From assembly GCA_027491735.1 (NCBI GenBank), contig JAOZGP010000033.1, positions 1 to 27,533 on the forward strand: a DNA stretch of 27,533 bases, read 5' to 3'. Each line of letters begins with the position of its first letter. Position 1 is the stretch's first letter. The translations under genes and the position numbers were made by a program. This DNA is from Thermoproteota archaeon (GTDB lineage Archaea; Korarchaeota; Korarchaeia; Korarchaeales; Korarchaeaceae). The notes under the pieces are model-generated. The model had not been told where the DNA came from. It made no database searches and saw only the letters and a program-made list of their open reading frames with translations. Positions 1-9,002 of this stretch are shown in pieces.

Positions 1-74
1 GGCCTCGCCTCGATGTGCTCCAATACCAGCCTCCTCACGACCTCCTTTGGGTCTTCAAGTTCTGAACCTCTCAT
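1..74 (-). CDS. 5' part of an unidentified gene running off the left edge (MRGSELEDPKEVVRRLVLEHIEAR...)
   Basis: ATG at 74-72 opens a frame that stays open to position 1; TTTTTATCC TATA-like box about 20-27 nt upstream on the - strand. Confidence 0.5.
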   Translation of the reverse strand, partial: MRGSELEDPKEVVRRLVLEHIEAR

Positions 75-146
75 GAAGCGGAGATTTCAGCCGGATAAAA
101 AGTAGCTTGTGTGGACGAGTAGTTCCGGTGGATCCCCTATGAAGTT

Positions 147-223
147 ATTTAATGTGCCGTTTTAGCAGCGAAGGTGACATAGGTTTAAATAATTTAATGT
201 GCCATTCTATATTGAAAGGTGAC
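147..223 (+). repeat. Two imperfect 32-bp direct repeats with a 45-bp period flanking a TATA box; putative antitoxin operator
   Basis: ATTTAATGTGCC at 147-158 and 192-203; AAGGTGAC at 171-178 and 216-223 (both offset by 45); TTTAAATA at 184-191 lies between them. Confidence 0.75.
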
Positions 224-227
224 TGCA

Positions 228-935
228 ATGTACTTGGAGAGCTTCAGGGCGGAGTTAGCTAAGAGCTTGCTGGGCAGCTTGTTCAGGGTTAGGGATGTCG
301 AGAAGGTTCATCCTAGGGCCAAGGAGTACTTGCACAGGTTGAGCAAGAGAGGCATAGTAAGGCGCGTCGGCTGGGGCTGGTACTATATGCCCGTAGAGTA
401 TAGGGATGCTTGGGAATTCTTAGCCAGAGATAAGGGGTTCAAGGTGATAATCAAGCAGACGGCTGCGAGCATATGGAACTATGACTTCATCCACCGAGAC
501 ATATATTGGTTAGCCGTCGAGGACCGATCCTACAAGAAGGCTTTAGAGGATTTCGCAAGGCAGATGGGCTGGAGCTTCGAAGTGGAGTACTACGATAGAG
601 TACCCTACGAGTACGTGAGGGTCGACGAGTTGTTTGTTGAGTCTCCCGAATCCTGCATAGCAAACTGCATATCTGAGTGGTCCTTCACCGATGCGTTTGC
701 GATATTATACTTCAGGAGGGATGAAGTAGACTTCGAGAAGTTGAGAAAAATGGCTAGGTGGAAGCGCATATCTAAAACGGATACTAGGGTATGGACAGCA
801 ATAAAATACGGCTGCAGCTTACTAAACGAGAAGTTAGGGAGGCGAGTCTTCAGAGTCAGATCCACCGACTTAGAGCGTGAAGATATCAGGGAGTTGATAG
901 AGGAGGCCGCCGAAAAGGTGGTCGAGTTTGCCTAG
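228..935 (+). CDS. AbiEi-like type IV toxin-antitoxin antitoxin (N-terminal winged HTH)
   Basis: N-terminal YLHRLSKRGIVRRVGWGWYY matches the AbiEi wHTH pattern; overlaps a downstream nucleotidyltransferase; ATG 228 preferred to GTG 219 because a GGTGA SD lies at 218-222. Confidence 0.75.
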   Translation: MYLESFRAELAKSLLGSLFRVRDVEKVHPRAKEYLHRLSKRGIVRRVGWGWYYMPVEYRDAWEFLARDKGFKVIIKQTAASIWNYDFIHRDIYWLAVEDRSYKKALEDFARQMGWSFEVEYYDRVPYEYVRVDELFVESPESCIANCISEWSFTDAFAILYFRRDEVDFEKLRKMARWKRISKTDTRVWTAIKYGCSLLNEKLGRRVFRVRSTDLEREDIRELIEEAAEKVVEFA

Positions 936-1672
936 GGCCGTAGAGCTGATGAGGCGTCGCGAGGAGGAGATACTTAGAGCTTTAAAACACTTATCGGAGA
1001 AGACAGGCGGGTTCACTGCTCCAAGGCTCCTCCTTATTGGGGGTTATGCATTGAGAGCCTTTATTCCGTTCGCGAGGTTTACGAGGGACTGCGACTTCGC
1101 CCTCAAGAAAGAAGATGGATGGCGATAGAGAGGTTGCGCGATATGCTCCCCGATGGCTTCTCGGTCGAGCAGCTGGAGAAGCGCGGTAGCTACGGGTTCA
1201 TGAGATGCGTTAAGCTCGTCAAGCATGATAGGGCGGGGGTTAAGGTTTCCCTAGACTTCATGGAGGGCGAGATAAGGGGTAGAGGACGTAGGGACGTGAT
1301 ACTGATCGACAATGTTATGATGAGAGGAGTAAGGGCTACTATTCCTGTTGCCAGCGAGGAGATTACAGTTCTCGTTCCGAGCTACACCGACTACTTTATA
1401 ATGAAGGTCGTCTCAGCTAGGCCGTCAGACGTTCGTGACATAGCGTCACTCGTACTTGAACAGGGGCTCCCGCGGAACCTGCCCACGCGGATAAGACAGA
1501 TCCTACCTTATCCCGAAATTTTCAGGACGAGGCTTGAGGGAAGCATAATTCCTGTTATGAGGAGGCGTACGTTCATCGACGGCTGGAGGGGTATTTTCGG
1601 GACGACCAAGTACGGTGAGGAGGATAAAAACGTGTAATCGAGTCGTTAGAGAGACTCCTCGAGGAGCTATAA
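928..1672 (+). pseudogene. AbiEii-like nucleotidyltransferase toxin split by two 1-nt deletions (or sequencing errors)
   Basis: LLLIGGYAL...RFTRDCDF NTase motif in 928-1128; continues in another frame from ~1122 with MKVVSARPSDVRDI; adding one A to the A5 run at 1626-1630 extends it as KKRVIESLERLLEEL to TAA 1670-1672. Confidence 0.75.
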
Positions 1673-1730
1673 AATTCATAGCTAGGAAAGCTAATAATTT
1701 GGCTGAAGCATCCTCTATCGGGCTCCGAAT

Positions 1731-2080
1731 ATGTCCATAAAACCCGACGAACTAAAAGGCTTCCTGACGGGCTGTATAGAAGCTGGAAAAGCCTTGGTAG
1801 AGCTAGCTAGTCGGGGCTATGACTGCCTCCTGAGACCTTGCAGGGGTGCATTTCCTGTTCTGGTAGGAGCCATCGAAGCTTTGAAGAGCGTCGAGGGAGG
1901 AGAGGAGTTTCTGGAGAGTTTCTACGCTCCTTATCCTCATCCCATGCTCGAAGGAGTTCACAGGAAGAGTGGAGATTTCAGGCTGTTGATCTGCCCTTTA
2001 CGGCGCATGTGAAGCTTCCGGAGGATTACAGGCGGAGGTACGGCTTTCAGGTGTATATCGATGAGGTTGAATCGAGCTAG
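1731..2080 (+). pseudogene. Frameshifted/truncated protein with PRTase-like motifs
   Basis: LLRPCRGAFP motif; one extra C at ~1991 joins ...FRLLI to LPFTAHVKL...VYIDEVESS*, which resembles a PRPP-loop (hhhDEhxSG). Confidence 0.45.
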
Positions 2081-2189
2081 TAGAGCGGATAAGAGTAAAG
2101 GGTAGAGAGAACAATACAGCTTTTCGTGATGATAACAACGATAATAACATAATGATGACGTTTAATAGCTGGCGGGGTGATCTTCCCCG

Positions 2190-3086
2190 ATGTCTCTCTA
2201 TGTGGTCACGGGAGGACTTGGGTTCATAGGAGCAAATTTGGTGAAGGGGCTTGTGAGGAATGGCCACGAAGCAGTGATAGTGGACAATCTACACACAGGA
2301 TCACTGAAGAAGCTTCCCGACGGCATCAAATTCGTGAGAGGAAGAAGCAGGGACGTGATCAAGGTGAAGGATCGTGTGGACGGGATCTTTCACCTGGGCA
2401 TATACTCAAGCTCCCCCATGTATCGAGAGGATAGGAGGCTGGTGGCTCAGGTGGTCGAGGATGCCGTGAAGGTGCTGGAGTATTGCAAGGAAAGAGGAAT
2501 CAAGCTAGTGTATGCCTCCACCTCCTCCATGTACAACGGAAACCCTCTTCCCTGGAGGGAGGACATGCCCATACTGGTCAAGGACTTCTACACGGAGGCT
2601 CGCTACTACCTTGAAAGACTAGCTCAGCTGTACGGAGATATGTACGGAGTCAAAAGCGTTGGTCTGAGGCTGTTCAGCGTCTACGGGGAGGGAGAGGAGA
2701 GCAAGGGGAGGTATGCCAATGTGTTAACACAGATGATATGGGCCAAGCTCAGGGAGGAGCCCTTTGAGATATATGGAGATGGAACTCAAACCAGAGATCT
2801 TGTCTACGTGGGTGATGTCGTGAGGGCCTTTCTGCTAGCGATGGAGAGCGATGTTCAGGGGGTATTCAACGTGGGTTTCGGTAGGGAGGTCAGTTTCAAC
2901 GACATGGCCAGACTCACTGGAGTTAGGGTGAGGTACGTGGAGAACAAGATCAAGAACTATGTTATGAGGACCCTGGCTGATACGACGAAGGCTGAAGAGA
3001 TGCTTGGATTCAGGGCCCAGGTCCCTGTTGAACAGGGTGTTAGAATCTTAGAGAGTTACTACTCCAAGTTTCTGAGGGTCGTGTGA
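2190..3086 (+). CDS. NAD-dependent epimerase/dehydratase (extended SDR)
   Basis: VTGGLGFIG Rossmann motif, YASTSSMY, LRLFSVYG, IYGDGTQTRDLVYVGDVV; YxxxR in place of YxxxK. Confidence 0.93.
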   Translation: MSLYVVTGGLGFIGANLVKGLVRNGHEAVIVDNLHTGSLKKLPDGIKFVRGRSRDVIKVKDRVDGIFHLGIYSSSPMYREDRRLVAQVVEDAVKVLEYCKERGIKLVYASTSSMYNGNPLPWREDMPILVKDFYTEARYYLERLAQLYGDMYGVKSVGLRLFSVYGEGEESKGRYANVLTQMIWAKLREEPFEIYGDGTQTRDLVYVGDVVRAFLLAMESDVQGVFNVGFGREVSFNDMARLTGVRVRYVENKIKNYVMRTLADTTKAEEMLGFRAQVPVEQGVRILESYYSKFLRVV

Positions 3087-3087
3087 G

Positions 3088-3489
3088 ATGTTGTTGGAGC
3101 TCATGGTCCTTCTGGTGATCCTCCTCGTGATCTGGGTTGTCGTCTCCCTTCCAGTGTTCTTGGCTTCTAGGGTTGTGGAGGAGGGAACTTCATACACCAA
3201 GGCCATGCTGGCGACGTTGTCCGGGATAGTCGCCTCGTATGTTGTGATGAAGCTTTTAGAGCCCATGTCTCCGGAGATATCTCAGGTAGCTGGATTTCTC
3301 GCCACAATAGTTATCTACAAAGCGATATTCGAGACTGGATGGGCCAAGGCCTTCGCTATAGCTGTGATAGCAATTGTGGTGGAGATCCTCCTGGTAATGT
3401 TTCTGATGCTCTTGCTGTCCCTTCTGGGAATAGCCATACCCTCAGCGCTCTGGCCTCCTCATCCCAGAGCCAAGATGTTGCCCTTCTGA
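3088..3489 (+). CDS. Small integral membrane protein of unknown function (~4 TM)
   Basis: Four hydrophobic segments; starts 1 nt after the epimerase stop. Confidence 0.8.
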   Translation: MLLELMVLLVILLVIWVVVSLPVFLASRVVEEGTSYTKAMLATLSGIVASYVVMKLLEPMSPEISQVAGFLATIVIYKAIFETGWAKAFAIAVIAIVVEILLVMFLMLLLSLLGIAIPSALWPPHPRAKMLPF

Positions 3490-6400
3490 TCTCTTCTTTA
3501 CCTCTTTCAGGAAAAGGTGCAGCCTGTAGGTCGAGACGACCCGATCCTCGAGATATCTCCTGACTTTGTCCTCAAGGAACTTGGTGAAGCTCCTCCACCT
3601 CCCGAAACCTCTGTTCCTCAGGACCTGATGGCTGGACCCTATCTCGGAGAGCACATCCTTCAGGTGGACTCTCTCATCCCCTATGAACCTCACGACGTCC
3701 GGGGGTACTGGGTCGCCGAAGACCTCTCTGGCCCTGCTCCTGAGAACTGAGATCCTCTCAGACCCCCTCATCCCCAGGATCATGTAGTAAAGTCCAGGGC
3801 TCACCGGCCTAAGGGCCTCCAGGAGAGTGTCCAGATCGTACGTCACAAGGATGAAACCCGAGTTCAGGGCTTTCTGGATCTCAGACAAAACTCTCTCATT
3901 TGACTCAACGACCACTGCAACTTCCTTGACAAATCTACTGAACAAGACATTCTCTCCGTCGAAAAGAGCTAGATACAGAATCTTAACATCATCAAACTTC
4001 ACCAGAACCGCTTCCAGGGACATGATCCTAAGGGATGTGGAGGGTGCCGGTATTGAAACCTTTAGACCAGAGATCTCCACGGGAATTCTTCTCTCAGCCA
4101 TGATGTAGTCTACAACCCTTGCTGCATATCTCCTGGCGAGATCCCAGTTGGCACCAGAGGAGATGAACTCCAGATGGGCCTGATCATCCACCTGCATAAG
4201 AAGGATCTCGGTCATCTCGTCTGGCTCAAAGCCCAGGATCTCGTCCTTTACAAGCTCCCAATCCATGCTCTCAAGGATCCCTGCGTATCTAGGCTCATGC
4301 ACGCTCATGAGCTTTCTGTTACCCACGTTCACCACATCGTAAGCTATTGTCTCTAGATCTATACCGAACCTCTGCCTCAAGACCACACACATTATAGCGA
4401 GCCCCGTCCTGAGCCAGGTAAGGTCCTCAGCAGGATCCAACTCTATTGTGTGGCCGTAGGTGTAATCCGAGTACCTGCCTCCGGTCTCAGCTATCACTTC
4501 CAGCTCTCTCCTGTCCTTCACGAAGTAGGTCCTATCCCCCGACGATATCGGCCTGATGGGACCACTCAGGTTCCAGTAGACTCTGTTGGGCATCTTCCTA
4601 TACAGACCGAAGCCCGACACTGGAGGGTCCACCACACATATGACCTCGGAGTGCAGTCTGCCTCTTCTGTAATCTCCGAGCAGGTCAGGCACCTCCCCCC
4701 AAGATCTCTTCACCTTCTCGTACTCCTCGAGAGTGTAGCCGAATTTATCGCTTATGGCTCTGAAGTTCGTTACTGGGACCAGCTCGACCCCTGTGACGTA
4801 ACGTCCTCTTCTCCTGAGGCTGTAGACAACTCCGTCAGAGCTGTAGTCTATACAACCGACCTGAAACCTCTCTACGAGGTCGCAGTAACCTATGTCGGGC
4901 AGGGACCTCGGACCATCCGGTGACAGCATGACCCTCTTTATCCCGTAGGGAGGAGCGAATTCGTAGAAGTTCAGGTTTCTCCATGTTCTCTTACCTCTTT
5001 CAGTGAATTCAGCTCTTCTGATAAGACCTAGGCTCCTGAGAAGCTCTATCTCAGCTTGACTGAGGAACTGTCTGAGCGCGGGTGACATGAACTTGTACAT
5101 GGCCTCGAAGAGCGTTGAGTACTTGTTCTCAAGACTGACCAAGGCAATCTCCAGCCTCATGTTGCTCCACTTCTCCAGGGCCTTGACTCCTCTCAATAAA
5201 AGCTCTCTATCCCAGCTTCCCCATGGAAATATCACAGTCTCAGTGTACTTTATCCATTTTCTCCTGCCCTTTCTTCCCTCTCTCTGTCTGAACTCCCTCA
5301 CAGATGGAGGAAGCCCTAAATGAACTATTCTTATCACGTTCCCTATGTCTATCCCCTGAGCTAGAGTTCTCGGGCTTATCAGGACCTTTACAACTCCATC
5401 CCTGGCTAGCTTCTCGATCTCCTCCCTTCTCTCCTTATCGACAAGGTGATGGTGCGTGGCGACGCTTGATGTGATCTCAGGATGCTCGGATATCAGCCTG
5501 TTGTAGAGCTCTTCAGCTGATCTTATGCTACGCGTGAAGACTATCGTCACACCTCGATCCTCTGCGTACCACCTCAGGACCTCCACAGGGTCCACAACAG
5601 CCTCTGGAAGATGGAATCCCAGATATCTGGCGACCTCCCTGACGGAGTAGTATCTCCTCTTGAAGACCTCGAAGTCGTCCAAAGCTTCCAGAACATCTTT
5701 TCCGACCTCAGCTTTACTTATCTCCTCCCTCTTTTCCTTTATCTCCTCCCATACCTTCCTAAGGTTCTTACCCAGCACGATGTATACTCTGTTCTCCGGT
5801 TTAAATGGTTTGCCTCTCAGCACCTCGGTTTCTCTGCCATTTATCTCGGTGAGCAGCCTGGCCAGATCCCTTGGGTTGCCCAGAGTTGCTGTGAGGACTA
5901 CTATCCTGAAGTTCTTGGGAGATAGGAGCTTGAGAAGCCGGATCATCGAGATCAGAAGGGCTGTACATCTCGGATCATAGAAATCGAACTCATCCAGCAC
6001 GAGGAGGTCCATTCTCTTCACAAAACCATACAAGATCTTAGGTCCTCCTGAGACCCACCTCTTCATGTCCGACATCAAGAAGGCCGGGTTCGTTATCAGT
6101 AGATGAAGTCTGGAGGCCGTAAAGCCCTTCTTCCCGATCCTTCGTCTCCTCAGGGAGTCCATCGCCTCCGCCTCAAGACCAAGGGCCTCAGAGTACTCCT
6201 TGAGCCTTAATATCTGATCGTTGGCGAGAGCTAATGTGGGATAAACGACGAGCGTCTTCACTCCATCCTTAGCGTAGAGGAACCAGGCCTCCGTCTTCCC
6301 GCTCCCAGCACCGCTTATGAGTATCACGTTCTTGCCAGATCTGAGGGCCTCAATCGTCCTGAGCTGGTGACCGTAGAGCTTAGTGCTGGCGAGGTACTCT

Positions 6401-6537
6401 CTGGATGTGTTGGAGATCTCGGGCATGACCTCCATGAACGTGATGTCTGTCTCATCGGGCTCTTCCGCTCCCTGAACGTATCTGTAGAAGTCATATCCCG
6501 CCTTCCCCAAGATTTCTCCGGTGTCCACGGAACTCAT
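3442..6537 (-). CDS. Large SF2 DEAD/DEAH-box helicase, MrfA/SftH/Hrq1-like, with a C-terminal extension
   Basis: LYGHQ Q-motif, GAGSGKT, VYPTLALANDQ, DEFD, TAT, LAQGIDIG, QREGRKGR; 1031 aa. Confidence 0.9.
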   Translation of the reverse strand: MSSVDTGEILGKAGYDFYRYVQGAEEPDETDITFMEVMPEISNTSREYLASTKLYGHQLRTIEALRSGKNVILISGAGSGKTEAWFLYAKDGVKTLVVYPTLALANDQILRLKEYSEALGLEAEAMDSLRRRRIGKKGFTASRLHLLITNPAFLMSDMKRWVSGGPKILYGFVKRMDLLVLDEFDFYDPRCTALLISMIRLLKLLSPKNFRIVVLTATLGNPRDLARLLTEINGRETEVLRGKPFKPENRVYIVLGKNLRKVWEEIKEKREEISKAEVGKDVLEALDDFEVFKRRYYSVREVARYLGFHLPEAVVDPVEVLRWYAEDRGVTIVFTRSIRSAEELYNRLISEHPEITSSVATHHHLVDKERREEIEKLARDGVVKVLISPRTLAQGIDIGNVIRIVHLGLPPSVREFRQREGRKGRRKWIKYTETVIFPWGSWDRELLLRGVKALEKWSNMRLEIALVSLENKYSTLFEAMYKFMSPALRQFLSQAEIELLRSLGLIRRAEFTERGKRTWRNLNFYEFAPPYGIKRVMLSPDGPRSLPDIGYCDLVERFQVGCIDYSSDGVVYSLRRRGRYVTGVELVPVTNFRAISDKFGYTLEEYEKVKRSWGEVPDLLGDYRRGRLHSEVICVVDPPVSGFGLYRKMPNRVYWNLSGPIRPISSGDRTYFVKDRRELEVIAETGGRYSDYTYGHTIELDPAEDLTWLRTGLAIMCVVLRQRFGIDLETIAYDVVNVGNRKLMSVHEPRYAGILESMDWELVKDEILGFEPDEMTEILLMQVDDQAHLEFISSGANWDLARRYAARVVDYIMAERRIPVEISGLKVSIPAPSTSLRIMSLEAVLVKFDDVKILYLALFDGENVLFSRFVKEVAVVVESNERVLSEIQKALNSGFILVTYDLDTLLEALRPVSPGLYYMILGMRGSERISVLRSRAREVFGDPVPPDVVRFIGDERVHLKDVLSEIGSSHQVLRNRGFGRWRSFTKFLEDKVRRYLEDRVVSTYRLHLFLKEVKKRSEGQHLGSGMRRPER

Positions 6538-6573
6538 GTCATGTGATCAATGTCCCCGGAATAAAAATAACGT

Positions 6574-7461
6574 TCACGAGGGCTCGGAGGAGACGGTCAG
6601 GTACACGCCAAACATGACCACGGCTCCTCCCAGTATGGTGGTCAGGGGAGGGATCTCGCCGAATACCATCACACCGAGTATGCTGGCGCCCACAGGCTCG
6701 CCGAGTATGCTGGCGCTGACAACAGCCGCCTTCAGGTACTTCAAAGCGTAGTTGTAGGAGTTGTGTCCCAGACATGATGGTCCAACCGCGAGGAGAAGGA
6801 ACAGGATGTAATCTTCTATTCTGTATCCTACAAGACTATTTCTGGCCATTATGGCCGAGAAAATGAGCACCACAGCAGCTAAACTATAGACTACAAACGT
6901 GTAGGGAGCCAGGTCAAGTTTTCTCCTGAGCTTCCTGCCGGCCACCAGGTACGCAGCCAGGAGGATGGCCCCCATCAAGCTGAGCACATCTCCAAGAAAA
7001 CCTCCTCCTCTGAGGAGATCCCCACTGGCTATCACGACTGATCCAGCTATGGAGATCGCTATCCCAAGAGCTTCTCTTCGGTTGATTTTTTCTCCCAACA
7101 GGATCCAGGATATGAGAGCAACAAAGATGGGAGAAGAATCGACTATGACCGTGCTTGCGGCTATGGTTGTGTACAGAAGGGAGGCGGTCCAAGCTCCGAA
7201 GTGTCCTCCGAGGGCCAGGCCTGACACGAGAAGGGCCATGATCTCCCCTCCATCCAAGCTTCTAAGCTGTCCGATCGAACTGATCGCCAGAACTCCCATT
7301 ATAGCGCTTGCCATGGCAAGCCTAAAACCTGCTATCACCAGAGGAGGGGCTATACTCAGTCTTATGAGAATGCTGGCTGAGGAGACAGCGGAGATGCCTA
7401 TCACCAGGGCAAGCTTTGGGTTCACCCTTGGAGCTCCTTCCTTGGCCATCATGTCGTTCAT
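6574..7461 (-). CDS. DMT/EamA family transporter
   Basis: About 10 TM helices in two repeats; SPIFVALISWILLGEKI and GEPVGASILGVMVFGEIP motifs. Confidence 0.9.
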   Translation of the reverse strand: MNDMMAKEGAPRVNPKLALVIGISAVSSASILIRLSIAPPLVIAGFRLAMASAIMGVLAISSIGQLRSLDGGEIMALLVSGLALGGHFGAWTASLLYTTIAASTVIVDSSPIFVALISWILLGEKINRREALGIAISIAGSVVIASGDLLRGGGFLGDVLSLMGAILLAAYLVAGRKLRRKLDLAPYTFVVYSLAAVVLIFSAIMARNSLVGYRIEDYILFLLLAVGPSCLGHNSYNYALKYLKAAVVSASILGEPVGASILGVMVFGEIPPLTTILGGAVVMFGVYLTVSSEPS

Positions 7462-7654
7462 GGAGATCTCCCAATTCTCTCCTCCTTATACTGGATGTGC
7501 GAGTTGGTAGGATGTCCATACACCGTCATCTATAGCTTATAACGTTTGGGAGCAGCTCAAAATAGATCCATAAATCCGAACTTCTCTGAGAGTATGCTGA
7601 GTAGACACCAGCGAAGCTTTTTACATACAACCGAACGTAGACAGGGGGCCTTCA

Positions 7655-8602
7655 TTGAGAACAGTCATACTCACGCATGGAGATACAGACGGCGTGTGTT
7701 CCGGGGCCATAGCTCTGAAGGCCTTTCCTGACGCCGTCCTCTACTTTTCCAAACCTGTAGGTCTCCTGGAGGATCTATCGATAGCCGAGCAGGGGGACAG
7801 GGTCATTATATGTGATATAGCAATAGACGAAGTTCGCTGTGAGGAGTTGATCGATAGGCTTGAGAGACTCAACGAGGAGGGAGAGGTCTTCTACATAGAT
7901 CATCACCCTCCTCCGAAGAGGATCTCCAAGATGCCTGGAGAGGTGAGCTATAGCGATCCGAATGCGTGCGCTTCTGAGATGGCCTACTACACATTCAGAG
8001 ATCTAGTTCCTGAGGACGCGGATCTGATCTCCATATTCGGGGCTGTTGGGGATTACGCTGATAGAACTCCAGGTATCAGAAGGCTCATGAACAGATGGGA
8101 TGAGAGATTGGCTTACATGGAGTCGGGGATACTCTCTCAGGCTGTGATAATGCTCGGAAGGAACTACGATGCCAAAAGGAAGGTGATCAAGGAGCTTATC
8201 GAGATGCGCCTACCGAGCACTGTCGACTGGATGCTAAAGCTCGCTCTAAGGCAGTGTAGGGTGGATCTAGAGCTCAGAGAGGAGGTCAAAAGAAAGCTCA
8301 TCGTCCTGAAGAACCTGGCCTATGTAGTGAACCCTCACGGTCCGCTGGGAAAGGCTGCCAGTTTTGCAGCAGCGTTTGGTCACAGAAAGGTTGGAGTAGC
8401 TGTGGAGATTGTGAGGAGAAGGGGAAAGATGTTGGCGGACATGAGCATCAGAGCCCTGGAGGACTTGAATCTGAACGACTTGATCAGAGAGCTTGCTCCT
8501 AAGCTTGGGGGAGCGGGCGGAGGTCACTCTAGAGCGGCAGGAGCTCGCCTTCCCGAGGAAACCTTACAGGAGTTCCTGCATAGCCTCAACTTCTCCCTGT
8601 GA
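7655..8602 (+). CDS. DHH/DHHA1 family phosphoesterase (RecJ/NrnA-like)
   Basis: HGDTDG, ICDIA, YIDHH, GDYAD and C-terminal GGGHSRAAG motifs; TTG start. Confidence 0.92.
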   Translation: MRTVILTHGDTDGVCSGAIALKAFPDAVLYFSKPVGLLEDLSIAEQGDRVIICDIAIDEVRCEELIDRLERLNEEGEVFYIDHHPPPKRISKMPGEVSYSDPNACASEMAYYTFRDLVPEDADLISIFGAVGDYADRTPGIRRLMNRWDERLAYMESGILSQAVIMLGRNYDAKRKVIKELIEMRLPSTVDWMLKLALRQCRVDLELREEVKRKLIVLKNLAYVVNPHGPLGKAASFAAAFGHRKVGVAVEIVRRRGKMLADMSIRALEDLNLNDLIRELAPKLGGAGGGHSRAAGARLPEETLQEFLHSLNFSL

Positions 8603-8969
8603 GGTGGTCTCCCTGCAGGAGGATCAGTGGGAATGAGGAAATTCAGCCCCTCCCAATCTTCAGTGAGAGACTAAAGAGGAACTTTTCTCATACTCCACTC
8701 CGAGATGGCTGCGGTGAGAAAGATGAGAACGAAAGAAGATGATCCTCTCCTCTTCCTCATCATAAGGAAGGATCGCTGTAATGGATGCTGAGGAGGAACT
8801 TTTATTACTGGGAGAAGGATTCTTCCTCCACTTTCCTGGCAAGATACAGGAAGAATGGGAGAAGGTGAGGAAGATCTCGACAGGTATACTCTACCTAGTG
8901 AGAGTGGAAGGAAAAGGAATCTGGCTAGGATGGCCTATAGCGACAACATGATCGTTGCAATAATTTACG

Positions 8970-9002
8970 GTGGAGGTCCCCGTCTTTAGAGGGGGAGGAG
9001 GT
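8970..9002 (+). mobile_element. Possible relic of an IS200/IS605-family right-end hairpin
   Basis: CCCCGTCTTTAGAGGGGG hairpin (one mismatch) followed by AGGAGGT; resembles recalled archaeal IS605/IS1341 ends (CCCCGCCCTTTAGGGCGGGGAGGAGGTCA); no transposase or tnpB recognised nearby. Confidence 0.35.

Noticed and set aside
147-223. Direct repeat as a mini-CRISPR
   Set aside because: Only two imperfect copies, a 13-nt spacer, overlap with the promoter and SD, and no cas genes
2120-2165. GAT/AAC/AAT low-complexity tract with two RTGATGA motifs (possible C/D sRNA or repeat)
   Set aside because: No suitably placed CTGA D boxes and no regular repeat unit; more likely a remnant at the island edge
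8705-8990. CNGC-TGA-GG frame as a possible selenoprotein, with the downstream hairpin as SECIS
   Set aside because: The read-through product resembles no selenoprotein family I recognise, the hairpin lacks the archaeal SECIS GAA/A motif, and the region looks degraded
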